DNA of 64,000 nucleotides from a virus. Made by a program: the position numbers and the translations under genes. Below are positions 10,210 to 19,452 of this stretch, piece after piece. Position 1 is the first letter of the stretch. Every line of letters starts with the position of its first letter. Under the pieces are notes generated by a model. It was not told the DNA's origin. It searched no databases and worked only from the letters and a program-made list of their open reading frames with translations. The stretch lies in the IMG/VR virus record IMGVR_UViG_3300036861_000477. The stretch is one strand, 5' to 3'.

Positions 10210-12531
10210 TTACCCCTGACGAGTACGACTCGCGTTCGCGATCGCGTTCGCCTGCGAGTCCGCAGCGATCTTCGTCGCGTCACCGTCACCGATACCCGGA
10301 ACGGGGGCGGTCACGATCTGCGCACTGGTCTCACCGTTGCGCTTCCGCTGGCAAGGCTTGCATCCCGACACGTTCTTCACCTCCTTCTTAGATGACGTAG
10401 CTACACGACCCGCGGCTACCGACGGCCGCTGCGTCTCACCACCCGCACGCACTCGATCACGAATGCTCGCGAGCGTCTGTCGATTGTCGACGCCCAGCGA
10501 CGCGCGGATCTCGGCGAGCTGCTGCCGATGTGACTTGATCGACTCGGCGGACGCGGTCACCACCTCGTCGGTGGGTGCATCATCGTATACGGCGTCGTCA
10601 CCACCGTTCTCCCAGAACTTGATCGGCACCGCGCTCGCGATCACGACGCTGTCCTCGACGCGAACCGAGACGGTGTCGGTGGAGCGCGCGAAGCCCGGAA
10701 CGGGAACGGCCAGTGCGGCGACGAACTCCTTCCAACCGCGACGCTCGCGGTGCGGAGCCCAGTCACCGGACAGCTGACAGCCCATGAACCGCTGAAGTTG
10801 CTCGGCGGACATCGGGAGGATCGTGCCTGCGACCCACGGTACACCGTGCTTCTTGGACTCACCGACGCAGACGACCGCGGCGATCGAACACGAGTTGTCG
10901 TAGTGGCTCATACGGATGACCGGGTCGGCCGACGCGTGTGCGGACATGTGCCCGCAGTCCATCGTGATCACGCCAGTGCGAATGCGGTGTCCGCCCTCGA
11001 CGATGAACGGCCGGTTCATCCAAGAGGTGTAGTCCACGTTGCCCATCGGGATCGTGATCTTCTTGTCACGGAACGATCGGTGAGCGACGTCGCTTGGCCC
11101 GACCATGCCGAAGATGCGACCCTCGTCGGTGATCCAGACGGCACCAATCGGTGGCATCTCCGACGGTTCCTCGAACCACTCCATCGGTGGCAGATCGGGA
11201 ATGACAATGGTGTGCGACCCGTCTGCCACGATGACTCCGTTCGATTCCGCGGAGGCGACGATCACACCGTCGTCCACCAGGTTGATGGATGCCTCCACGA
11301 AGGCGGGCAGGTTAACCAGTGTGGCGCCTCGGATCCGACCGGCGTGGAAGATCATAAGCTCGGGGTTGGCGAGCATCGCAGCCATGATCTCGTCGTCGGT
11401 CGCGTCCTCAGGTTCGGCGGGGAAGACGAGTTCCACGTCCGCATCCTTGACGGAGTCGGCGTCGATCGACACACCTCGGAAGAAGCCACCCCGGAGCTTG
11501 TGCTCGGCCAGCTGGCCGTTCGGGTCGATCATGTCCAGCGTGCCACGACCCATGATCTTAGCGCCGTCTCGCCAGATCTCGGTGATGTTGCCGACGTTCA
11601 CCGACTCGTCGGTTCCGCCCCCGTGACTCGTGACACGCTGGAACATGAGTGGCACGGGAAGTACCGGCCACGTGAGTGAGTCCTCGGCGAACATCCGACC
11701 GTCACCGGTCTCGACGCCCTCGACAGCCAGAACACCCTCCCAGTCTTGCACGGTCTTTGGCTGCTCAGTTCGCCAAGGTCCAACTCCTGAGCCGTACGCA
11801 GGCATCTCAGAGTCCTTCATGCAGGTTCCATCGGGCATCATGTGTTGACCCTCGGGACAGTCACCTCCCGCCGGCGCATCGACCGGCATGTCGGCGAACG
11901 TCTGCTCCTCAACCGACTCAGTCGGGGTGCCCGGGTGCTGGTGGGGCGACTTACCCGTCGCCTCCTTGTGGTACTCGGCGCAGAGACCCTCGGGGTTGCG
12001 CACATACTTATCGAGCTGCTTCACGCAGCGCTCGAAGTCACCGGGCGTACCCCAGCGAATCTTGAGTGCACCCTCACCGTGCACCCAGTACTCGCGCAGG
12101 TTACGGTCACTGGCAAAGGTCTCGGTGAGAGTGGCATCGAAGGTGTCGACCGATTCGACAGCGGACTTGGACTCACTGGCGTAGAGTGCGCGAAGCTGAG
12201 CGGTCGCTTCTGCACGCGTCGCGTGGCACCCCTCGACTTCACCGTCGGTTTCCTTCACGACGGCGTAGGGTTCACCACCCGAGCACTTACTCGAGTTCTC
12301 GACGATTCGCCACGGCACGGTGTCGCTCCCTCCGTTGATCAGATCGTATACCGGATCTTCCTGAGGCTGCACTGTGCCACCCGCGGCCGTCAGCACGCCA
12401 CTTCGCGGAACCCTCAAGATCGCATCGATCTCACTTGGTGTGTACCCGGTGCCGGGTTCCTCGTCGGGTACGAACGTCCAGTCGACGTTCGTCTGGTCCG
12501 ACAACGCTGTGAGGTCGTTCGGTTCGGTCAC
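10210..12531 (-). CDS. Capsid maturation protease/scaffold with extra N-terminal modules
   Basis: Lies between MuF and MCP; WEGVLAVEGVETGDGR...PVPLM core and CQLSGDW motif. Confidence 0.65.
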   Translation of the reverse strand: MTEPNDLTALSDQTNVDWTFVPDEEPGTGYTPSEIDAILRVPRSGVLTAAGGTVQPQEDPVYDLINGGSDTVPWRIVENSSKCSGGEPYAVVKETDGEVEGCHATRAEATAQLRALYASESKSAVESVDTFDATLTETFASDRNLREYWVHGEGALKIRWGTPGDFERCVKQLDKYVRNPEGLCAEYHKEATGKSPHQHPGTPTESVEEQTFADMPVDAPAGGDCPEGQHMMPDGTCMKDSEMPAYGSGVGPWRTEQPKTVQDWEGVLAVEGVETGDGRMFAEDSLTWPVLPVPLMFQRVTSHGGGTDESVNVGNITEIWRDGAKIMGRGTLDMIDPNGQLAEHKLRGGFFRGVSIDADSVKDADVELVFPAEPEDATDDEIMAAMLANPELMIFHAGRIRGATLVNLPAFVEASINLVDDGVIVASAESNGVIVADGSHTIVIPDLPPMEWFEEPSEMPPIGAVWITDEGRIFGMVGPSDVAHRSFRDKKITIPMGNVDYTSWMNRPFIVEGGHRIRTGVITMDCGHMSAHASADPVIRMSHYDNSCSIAAVVCVGESKKHGVPWVAGTILPMSAEQLQRFMGCQLSGDWAPHRERRGWKEFVAALAVPVPGFARSTDTVSVRVEDSVVIASAVPIKFWENGGDDAVYDDAPTDEVVTASAESIKSHRQQLAEIRASLGVDNRQTLASIRDRVRAGGETQRPSVAAGRVATSSKKEVKNVSGCKPCQRKRNGETSAQIVTAPVPGIGDGDATKIAADSQANAIANASRTRQG

Positions 12532-15500
12532 GGGACTACCTCCAGTCGAACCAGTGTTGTGTAGTGCCCGCCCGTAGGCGGCAGCACTTCCTTAATGCGA
12601 TACTTAAGTCCCGCACCGAGAATGAGCTCCTGCTCAGTCTTATGCGAACTCACGGGATATGCCCACGCGGCGGGTGTTCCGGCCGGTAAGTCGATCTCAT
12701 AGGTGACAGAGCCACCAAACTTGCCACTCTTTGAGATTGATGTGCTCATGAATCCCGGGTCGGTCATGAGCTGTCCCGTGCGCTTCTGCAGCTCGGCGGC
12801 ATTCGCGTTGTTGTTACCGTAAAGATTAAACGGTGACCAGTCCGATCCGCGGAACACCTTCACGTTCTGCGGAATGGGTCGCATGCCCTCGGTGATGTTC
12901 TTCGCGTGCGTGGTCGCGCTGGGCGTGCACGAGCATTTTCCACGAAGGCAGCAGTTAATGGAACTGTACGTCGAACCGGTGTACGCTTGAATGCTACTCT
13001 TGGACTTAGCGGACCAAAGACCGTGCTGCTGATTCATCACCGCGTGCATGGCGTTGGCCTTGGTGAGACTCAGCTCAGGGAAGTTACCTGGCGTGGTCAA
13101 GCCCGTGTTGATCCCCGTGGACTTGAGGATCGACGGTGTGGCCGTGTTCGAGTTGGTACCACCGACGTTCAGTAGTGAACTCGCACTGAGACCCGTTCCA
13201 GCGGTCAGCGCACTGAACTCGTCCTTGCCCTTCTTCGTGCCCAGGTACTTCTTGATCTTATCCGTGAACGGCGTTGGCGACGTCTTCGTGCTCGTCGTGC
13301 CGTCCATTACCTCGAGGATCTGCCCGAGCGAGTACTGCGGGTGCGTGGATTGAACGGTGACGAGTTGGTCGAGCATCTTACTTGAGTCGGTCCACCACTT
13401 CACGTCACCGTTTGCGAACTGCGTCTTGATTTTTACCTTGTCGTTAACGCTCACAAGCGTGAGTGTCGGCACCGACGGAGCGGTTGGTGCGGTCACCTTG
13501 GGCGTGGCCGGCTTAGGTGTGACTACCTCACCGAGCGACCACGGACCCTTCGCACCCTGCAGTTCCTTGTACGCTTGACCCTTCGTCCACGTTTGAATGT
13601 CGCCCCAGGTGCCGTTGCCCAGCGGATCAACTTGCTGCACGATCTTGTTGTTCTTGTACACGATCCGCTGGATGCCGTTATCGTTGGTAGCGATAACCTC
13701 ACCCTCGGAGTACTTCCCATAGATGATCGCGTTGGTGAGCTTGTCGACCTTCTTAAGAGGTTTCGTCGAGACGGACGGTGTGCTTATCCCGGGCGAAAGT
13801 GTAGGCACACTCGATGTACTTGGCGTGTTCGGCACGCCAAATGTCGATGCAACATTCAAGTCATTGGACTCGTTCGCGACCTCCAGGATGTCACTCAAGT
13901 TGGATGAAACCCAGTTATACGCCGCTAGGTCAGTGTTCCATTGACCGTTGTCGTACTTTTGAAGCATTACACCCCACGAGGGAGCATTACCAATGACCGC
14001 GATCTGCATCGGCTTGCCGTCGTGTGGATCGGTCCATTCAGCGATGACCGTGCTACCCTTGATCTTTCCCGATGCGACATTGGTTTCGATCATCGCGCGG
14101 AACGTGTCTGCATCAGGCATCTTGAATGTGGGCTTACTTGATGATTTAGATGCGCTAGGTGTGCGGGGCGAGTTGGGCGCACTCGGCGACATCCACGCCG
14201 TAGGTGTGACGTCCTTGATCTCCTTGATCCACTGATATTTCTTAAAGTCCAGTGTATCAATTAGACCCAGATCACCGACGAACTGTTCTTCTTCCCACTT
14301 ATTCGTCTTGTGGTTGTACTTCTGCTCAGATAAACCAACCTTACCCGTCTTAGGGTCATCGATGGCAACGAGTCGATAAGAGACCGTGCCGGTGGTGCCA
14401 CTACCGATGACCTCGTTGTTCTTGTACTCGCCCGCAAGTAGCTTGGCACCAATAAGTTGACCACCGGCACTTGGAACAGTTGGAGTTCCACTCGGCACAT
14501 TGGTGTCATCCACCACACCTGGGGCAGGCGCGAACGAGTCGTACTTACCCATGTCAGTGGTGCCTAGAAAACCGTTCTTTGTGAACGATGATGAACCCGG
14601 AGTCCACGTGCCGTCCGGCGCCTTGTACTCCTCCTTAACACCCCACTTACCGCCCGGCGATTGGACCGCTTTGAGTCGTACACTGGTTCCGTTGTAGTCC
14701 GATCCGTGCGCGATGATCTGTCCCGGTGTGTAGTGCCCCTGCTCTAGCGCGTCCCAGATGGAAGCACCACTAACGGCACCTCCGCCACCCTTCTTAATGA
14801 ACTTACCGTGTGCACCACGCGGGTGATCCAGTGGATCGAAGTCTGCCGCGGTAAGTACATCGGACTCACCAGTCGACTCACCATAGCGTCCGGTCAGCGA
14901 GTGATCCGTCACCTCACCGGCAAACGCGACTCGCACACGGTCGAAGCTGATCGGCCCTAAGCGATCTTGAACAGATGCGGGAATCATCTGGTCATCGGTG
15001 TACGCAAGAGTAATGTGCGGAACCCAGGGTGTGTGATTCTCAGGAATCTTGTCCGCGAACGCGTCCTCCACCTGCAGGTGGAGTGCCTGCTTTAACGCGA
15101 CGAGCTTCGAGTCACCACCCCTAACACCCAACACCACGGCGGTGTCCATGTCGGGATCGTGCGGGTTGAAGACGTTCACCGAAAACGTCTCCGTGGCGAT
15201 CGGCGCGTACGTACCCGCGAGGTCGGCGACGATCTGCTGAACTTGCGCCTGCTCCTCAGGGCTCCAGTTGGCTGCCTCACCGAGGTAGAGCACAGTGGTG
15301 TGAAGCTGGTCGGCGTCCTCAAACCCGGCCACCTCGAGGCAGCGTGCGTCGGCCTCAGTCATGCGGAAGGCGATCATCGCGCCCGTGTGAACCTCGGCGG
15401 CAGCGGTCAGCACCTTGTCCTCCGATGGAACATTAAGATCGTAGGCGAGGGAGCAGCGGCACTGGATGATTTCACTCGCGGGTGCGTCCGGATCGCCCGG

Positions 15501-16259
15501 TCGGTCGAGGTACGACACGACGGTGTCGGGACACTCGGAACCCAGCCCACCCAGTGTGAACTTCCCGTTGAGGTCCACGGTCTGTCCACCAGCGTCACGG
15601 TGTGTGCAGCGCGTCCGACTGTCATTCGTATCGAGCCACTCCTTTGTGCCAACCAGTCCAGCGAGGCGAACCTGGTTGATGCCACCCGCGGAAGCGGCGC
15701 CGAGGACCTCCGTGCGGGCGATCACATTAGCTCGCTTTGACGAGACACCCGCGGCATCGGCTACACGCATTGCGAGCTTGGGAATCGACTCACCGAGCTG
15801 AGTCCCCTCAAGCAGTGACGCGCGAGCGGCCTCCCAGAAGATGTCACCGATCCCGACCAGTCGATTAACCGCGGACGCGAGGTAGTCCTGCGCGAAGATG
15901 TCCGAGACGGGTGGAATGATGAGACTCGGGAACGCCTCAGACATGCCCTGCCACAAGGTGCTCGCCGCGGCGAGGTACGACTCGGACAGCACCGGCATGA
16001 GCTCGGCGGAGACGATTCCGGCCCACATGCTGGTGACCGCACCTACGTCCCCAAACGCCACGGGCGCCGGTGGAGGTGGCAAGACACCAACCGCGACGGG
16101 AGCCGGTGCCGGTAGAGGTGCGGCGGCTGCTGTGAGCGTCTCGGTGAGTGACATAGCCGCTCGCTGCGCCATGGTGCCGAGCCACGTGTCGACGAGCTTC
16201 GCGAACCCGTCCTCCGTCTCACGAAGCTCATCGGGTCGCCAGCCCACGATCCGAGCCAC
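12528..16259 (-). CDS. MuF (gpF) head morphogenesis protein fused to 2H phosphoesterase and C-terminal ADP-ribosyltransferase
   Basis: MuF motifs RANVIARTE, KEW..TND.RTR.TH and CRC; paired 2H motifs HTTV and HITL; ART R-S-E triad VFRG, MSTS, EQE. Confidence 0.85.
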   Translation of the reverse strand: MARIVGWRPDELRETEDGFAKLVDTWLGTMAQRAAMSLTETLTAAAAPLPAPAPVAVGVLPPPPAPVAFGDVGAVTSMWAGIVSAELMPVLSESYLAAASTLWQGMSEAFPSLIIPPVSDIFAQDYLASAVNRLVGIGDIFWEAARASLLEGTQLGESIPKLAMRVADAAGVSSKRANVIARTEVLGAASAGGINQVRLAGLVGTKEWLDTNDSRTRCTHRDAGGQTVDLNGKFTLGGLGSECPDTVVSYLDRPGDPDAPASEIIQCRCSLAYDLNVPSEDKVLTAAAEVHTGAMIAFRMTEADARCLEVAGFEDADQLHTTVLYLGEAANWSPEEQAQVQQIVADLAGTYAPIATETFSVNVFNPHDPDMDTAVVLGVRGGDSKLVALKQALHLQVEDAFADKIPENHTPWVPHITLAYTDDQMIPASVQDRLGPISFDRVRVAFAGEVTDHSLTGRYGESTGESDVLTAADFDPLDHPRGAHGKFIKKGGGGAVSGASIWDALEQGHYTPGQIIAHGSDYNGTSVRLKAVQSPGGKWGVKEEYKAPDGTWTPGSSSFTKNGFLGTTDMGKYDSFAPAPGVVDDTNVPSGTPTVPSAGGQLIGAKLLAGEYKNNEVIGSGTTGTVSYRLVAIDDPKTGKVGLSEQKYNHKTNKWEEEQFVGDLGLIDTLDFKKYQWIKEIKDVTPTAWMSPSAPNSPRTPSASKSSSKPTFKMPDADTFRAMIETNVASGKIKGSTVIAEWTDPHDGKPMQIAVIGNAPSWGVMLQKYDNGQWNTDLAAYNWVSSNLSDILEVANESNDLNVASTFGVPNTPSTSSVPTLSPGISTPSVSTKPLKKVDKLTNAIIYGKYSEGEVIATNDNGIQRIVYKNNKIVQQVDPLGNGTWGDIQTWTKGQAYKELQGAKGPWSLGEVVTPKPATPKVTAPTAPSVPTLTLVSVNDKVKIKTQFANGDVKWWTDSSKMLDQLVTVQSTHPQYSLGQILEVMDGTTSTKTSPTPFTDKIKKYLGTKKGKDEFSALTAGTGLSASSLLNVGGTNSNTATPSILKSTGINTGLTTPGNFPELSLTKANAMHAVMNQQHGLWSAKSKSSIQAYTGSTYSSINCCLRGKCSCTPSATTHAKNITEGMRPIPQNVKVFRGSDWSPFNLYGNNNANAAELQKRTGQLMTDPGFMSTSISKSGKFGGSVTYEIDLPAGTPAAWAYPVSSHKTEQELILGAGLKYRIKEVLPPTGGHYTTLVRLEVVP

Positions 16260-17884
16260 TACTCGTTCACCGGCCCAAAGCCATTGGTGCGAACAAAACC
16301 ATTGGTGCCCAATGCCTGCAGGTCAGGGTGCTGCTGGGCGAGCCACGCGATCACATCCACACCCGCGGGTACCGGGGCCGGCTTCGCCGTCCGTCGATCG
16401 GGTGTCGACTCCTCCGGTGGCGCAGCACCTCCCTCGGACTCCTGGGTCCCCTGGTCCTCCTCGGTCGGAACCATTTCCTCCTGCTGGTTGTCTATCTCGA
16501 TCGTTACCCCGGTAAGCTCCTCGAGGTACTCAGGACCCGCTCCGGGGGCTAGTGCCTGCCGCAGCATAATGATATCAGCCAGCTCGGACTTGCTCGGCTT
16601 GTCAGATTCCTCAAAGCCCTTGTAGCGCCGGTACGCGTCCGCGGAGATCTCACCGGCGTCGTACGCCTCCTGCGCGTTCTGACTGAGGTCCGGCTTCGTG
16701 GCGAGCTCATCCGTCGAGTACCAGATGACGATCTCATTGCCCGCCTCGGTGCGGAGAGGCTGACCCGCTGCGGCGAGCATGGGCCGTAGGTACGTCTTCG
16801 TGAGCGCGTCACAGATCAGCTCGGCGGTCGGGGCGATCGACATGGAGATCTCGTCCTCCTTAATCTCCCACGAACCCCAGTGGTTCACCTCGCCCATGCC
16901 GGTCAGTCGCTCACGCGAGATGTTCATCGCCGTGGCAAGTCGAGTGATCGCGTCCTTGCGCGCCTCGATGATCCGCTTATCGATCTCCGTGTTGAACGTG
17001 AGGTGCTTGATCTTGTCGATGTACTGCTCGTTCACCCGGATCGGAATCGGGATGGCAGCACCGGCCGAACCCGGATTGCGGATGTTGTGTCCCGCGATGT
17101 CGGCGAACTGCGCGATGAACGGATCGGGTGCGTCCTTGAACTGCTCGTTTACCGGGAATGTCATGCCCTCGGGAAAGAGGATGATGCCGTTCATCGCGAG
17201 GCGCGACACCAGTGTCGCAATGATGTGCTTATCGTAAAGGCTAATCTCGCGCAAGATCGGGATGCACGCCTTGGACGTGGAGATGGACTTCCAGCCGTAG
17301 CGTGGATGCGGGTGGCGGATCTCAGAGACGAGTGCGTTGTCCAGTATCTCCCACTGTCCGGCCTCGACCTGCAGCTGGAACTTACCCGCGGGTCGCGCGC
17401 GCCCGACGAGTCCCAGCACCGACTGCTTGATTCCCGTGCGCTGGCTCCGGATCTCGTCCGCCGAGCGAACGGACCACTGTCGGCCCATGAGCGGTTCGTC
17501 ACGTCCCATGAGAAAGCACTTGCCGACCAGCGGGATGTGAAGACCGAGTGCCTCCCACAACTGCGAGTTCGAGATCACGTTCGCGAGATCGGCGGCCGGT
17601 CCCGTTTCTAAGGGTTTTGGCTCGTTCTGCCCGGGAATCTTTTCCGCGGCGATCGGACGAACACGTGACATCGCCTGCGCCATCCACCAGTGCGCGTACG
17701 AAAACTCACCGATCGTGTCGAGGTAGTCCCAGAGCTCGTCCTGCCACGACTCGTACTGGAATACGTACGTGTTGCGGTAGCCCGGGTCGATGAGTCGTGC
17801 AGCCGCGGTGAGCGGGCTCTCATCGTGGACCACGCTAAGGTGCGCACGGTCGAGCACCGCGCTGGATCGCCTACGGTCTGCCAC
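16259..17884 (-). CDS. Portal protein
   Basis: 541 aa upstream of MuF; RLA.NGI, GMGEVNHWGSW.I motif of actinophage portals. Confidence 0.85.
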   Translation of the reverse strand: MADRRRSSAVLDRAHLSVVHDESPLTAAARLIDPGYRNTYVFQYESWQDELWDYLDTIGEFSYAHWWMAQAMSRVRPIAAEKIPGQNEPKPLETGPAADLANVISNSQLWEALGLHIPLVGKCFLMGRDEPLMGRQWSVRSADEIRSQRTGIKQSVLGLVGRARPAGKFQLQVEAGQWEILDNALVSEIRHPHPRYGWKSISTSKACIPILREISLYDKHIIATLVSRLAMNGIILFPEGMTFPVNEQFKDAPDPFIAQFADIAGHNIRNPGSAGAAIPIPIRVNEQYIDKIKHLTFNTEIDKRIIEARKDAITRLATAMNISRERLTGMGEVNHWGSWEIKEDEISMSIAPTAELICDALTKTYLRPMLAAAGQPLRTEAGNEIVIWYSTDELATKPDLSQNAQEAYDAGEISADAYRRYKGFEESDKPSKSELADIIMLRQALAPGAGPEYLEELTGVTIEIDNQQEEMVPTEEDQGTQESEGGAAPPEESTPDRRTAKPAPVPAGVDVIAWLAQQHPDLQALGTNGFVRTNGFGPVNE

Positions 17885-17896
17885 TTAGACCCCCGT

Positions 17897-18268
17897 TTAC
17901 TCGTACGTGCGATCTTCCTTCATCGCGATGAGACCCGTCACCGTCGACGCCGTTAGCCCCGCCAGAATCCACTGCATCACCGAGGTGTACTCGTACGTGA
18001 GCCACGTCAGACCACCTGCGATCCAGATCGAGACGCACCAGTCGCACTCCCACAGGTACGCGAGGGTGCGTCCAATGAACCCACCGTGCGCGCGAGCACC
18101 TGGGTGGGTTTGTTCCCACTTGGGCGAGGGATCGAACCAGTTCGTCACCCACGTGCGCGGAACCGCGATGAGCGGGAACTGATCATAGGTGATCAGCCTC
18201 GTCGTGCGGTGTACGCCCAGAACGAGAAGTATGACTACGAGCCACGGGGGCCAGACGGCGTTCATCAT
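17897..18268 (-). CDS. Small membrane protein (DUF1360-like)
   Basis: HRTTRLIT.D motif, C.WC.S.W, two hydrophobic segments. Confidence 0.55.
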   Translation of the reverse strand: MMNAVWPPWLVVILLVLGVHRTTRLITYDQFPLIAVPRTWVTNWFDPSPKWEQTHPGARAHGGFIGRTLAYLWECDWCVSIWIAGGLTWLTYEYTSVMQWILAGLTASTVTGLIAMKEDRTYE

Positions 18269-18282
18269 GAATCACTGTACAA

Positions 18283-18326
18283 CGAAAAAACCCAGCACCT
18301 AGGCATGGCGCCTAGGAGCTGGGTTG
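18283..18326 (-). terminator. Intrinsic terminator
   Basis: On the minus strand, hairpin AACCCAGCTCCTAGG-cgccatg-CCTAGGTGCTGGGTT runs into a T tract. Confidence 0.7.
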
Positions 18327-18354
18327 CAGTCGAAACTCTCTTGATCTACTTGTC

Positions 18355-18475
18355 CACCTAGGTGGGTTGGTCGACGCACCTAGGTGGGTTTGATCCGAGT
18401 GTAGGTGGGTCGTTTAAGCGCTCGCTTGATCGATGCGCGCTTATTCGCACGTCGCCGGAGCAACCCACCTAGGTG
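18355..18475. repeat. CACCTAGGTGGGTT repeats (two direct, one inverted, one partial)
   Basis: Exact 14-mer at 18355 and 18377; inverted copy at 18462-18475; partial copy at 18402-18410. Confidence 0.85.
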
Positions 18476-18562
18476 TAGGTGGAGAAACGCCCACACGAGA
18501 GCGAGCCCAAGTAGTACCGCATCGACGTGGTAGAGGTGAACACCGTAGAAGTTGACATACAT
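18380..18562 (-). CDS. Small single-TM protein with basic C-terminus
   Basis: AGGAGG RBS; hydrophobic AVLLGLALVWAFL followed by an Arg/Lys-rich tail. Confidence 0.55.
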   Translation of the reverse strand: MYVNFYGVHLYHVDAVLLGLALVWAFLHLHLGGLLRRRANKRASIKRALKRPTYTRIKPT

Positions 18563-18787
18563 GAGAGTGCCTCCTGGTCTCGAGTGTACCAAGACCAGGA
18601 GGCACGTGTGCTACGCGGTGTCAGCTTATCTTGATCCACCAAGGTGATTGAGCTTTTTCACATATTCTACACGTGGAACCAACACCAAGTGTAGAACCCT
18701 TTTTACCACACAAATACAAGATCGTTCCATCAGCGCGGGTAGCACGTGCAATGTGCATCTTCATAAAGTAACCTTTCACATCTAGTG

Positions 18788-19072
18788 TCAAATGGTCTGG
18801 TTGATGTTCCGCCGAGCGTAGGCAACGGCGGTCACGGTCTGCACGAACGCCATCTCGTACGAGAAGCCGTACAGCTCCTGAGCGAGCTCGACGAGCAGCC
18901 ACTGACCCATGTCGATTGCCGCGTCGGTGGTCTCCTTGGGACTCGTGATCTTCATCGCAGCGATCTTTGCGACGTACCGGTGAACGGTGCGATTGAAGAT
19001 CGCATCCACGGTGTCCAGCGTCACGCTGGGCGCCGACATCTTCGCGATCTCGCTGAGGTCCTTGTTCGTCAT
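18788..19072 (-). CDS. Hypothetical early protein
   Basis: Has its own consensus promoter and an ACGACAAGG-containing leader. Confidence 0.65.
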   Translation of the reverse strand: MTNKDLSEIAKMSAPSVTLDTVDAIFNRTVHRYVAKIAAMKITSPKETTDAAIDMGQWLLVELAQELYGFSYEMAFVQTVTAVAYARRNINQTI

Positions 19073-19114
19073 CGTCGATCTCCTCGTCCTTGTCGTTGCC
19101 TTGCTTATAGAGCA

Positions 19115-19161
19115 ATTGTACATCACTGCACTAACGATGTCAATACATTAGTGCAGTGATG
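19115..19161 (-). promoter_or_regulatory. Sigma-70-type promoter TTGACA-N17-TACAAT with a 14-bp inverted repeat
   Basis: tgtcaa at 19138-43 and attgta at 19115-20; IR arms at 19121-34 and 19148-61. Confidence 0.75.
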
Positions 19162-19171
19162 CACAAGATTC

Positions 19172-19387
19172 TTAGGCGAAGATCGTCTCTTCGGTGTCGG
19201 GACCGTACCGGCGAGCGATCGTCCGCAAGTCGGCCTCGGTGCCGATGTAGGCGATTAGCGGGTGGCCGCCGGCCGGTCCGTGCTCAGCGACCAGGTTTGC
19301 CTCGACGTCCAGGTCCTTCGTCATCTCAGCGATGACGTCGTTGATCGTCTCGTTCGATTCGACGACGGTGTCCAGCTCGATGCGCAT
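19172..19387 (-). CDS. Hypothetical early protein (GPAGGHP motif)
   Basis: AAGGAG RBS and its own promoter. Confidence 0.65.
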   Translation of the reverse strand: MRIELDTVVESNETINDVIAEMTKDLDVEANLVAEHGPAGGHPLIAYIGTEADLRTIARRYGPDTEETIFA

Positions 19388-19424
19388 GATGCTCTCCTTG
19401 TCGTTGTTCCCCGTGTCTAAGTCA

Positions 19425-19452
19425 ATTGTATCACACTAACGATGGATGTCAA
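19425..19452 (-). promoter_or_regulatory. Promoter TTGACA-N16-TACAAT with extended TG
   Basis: Consensus hexamers; shares CACTAACGATG with the promoter at 19115. Confidence 0.7.

Noticed and set aside
1689-11679. Long plus-strand ORFs (e.g. 1689..2492, 7518..8324, 8484..9536, 10750..11679)
   Set aside because: Antisense shadows of high-GC structural genes with no motifs or RBS; the same applies to minus-strand shadows over the replication arm.
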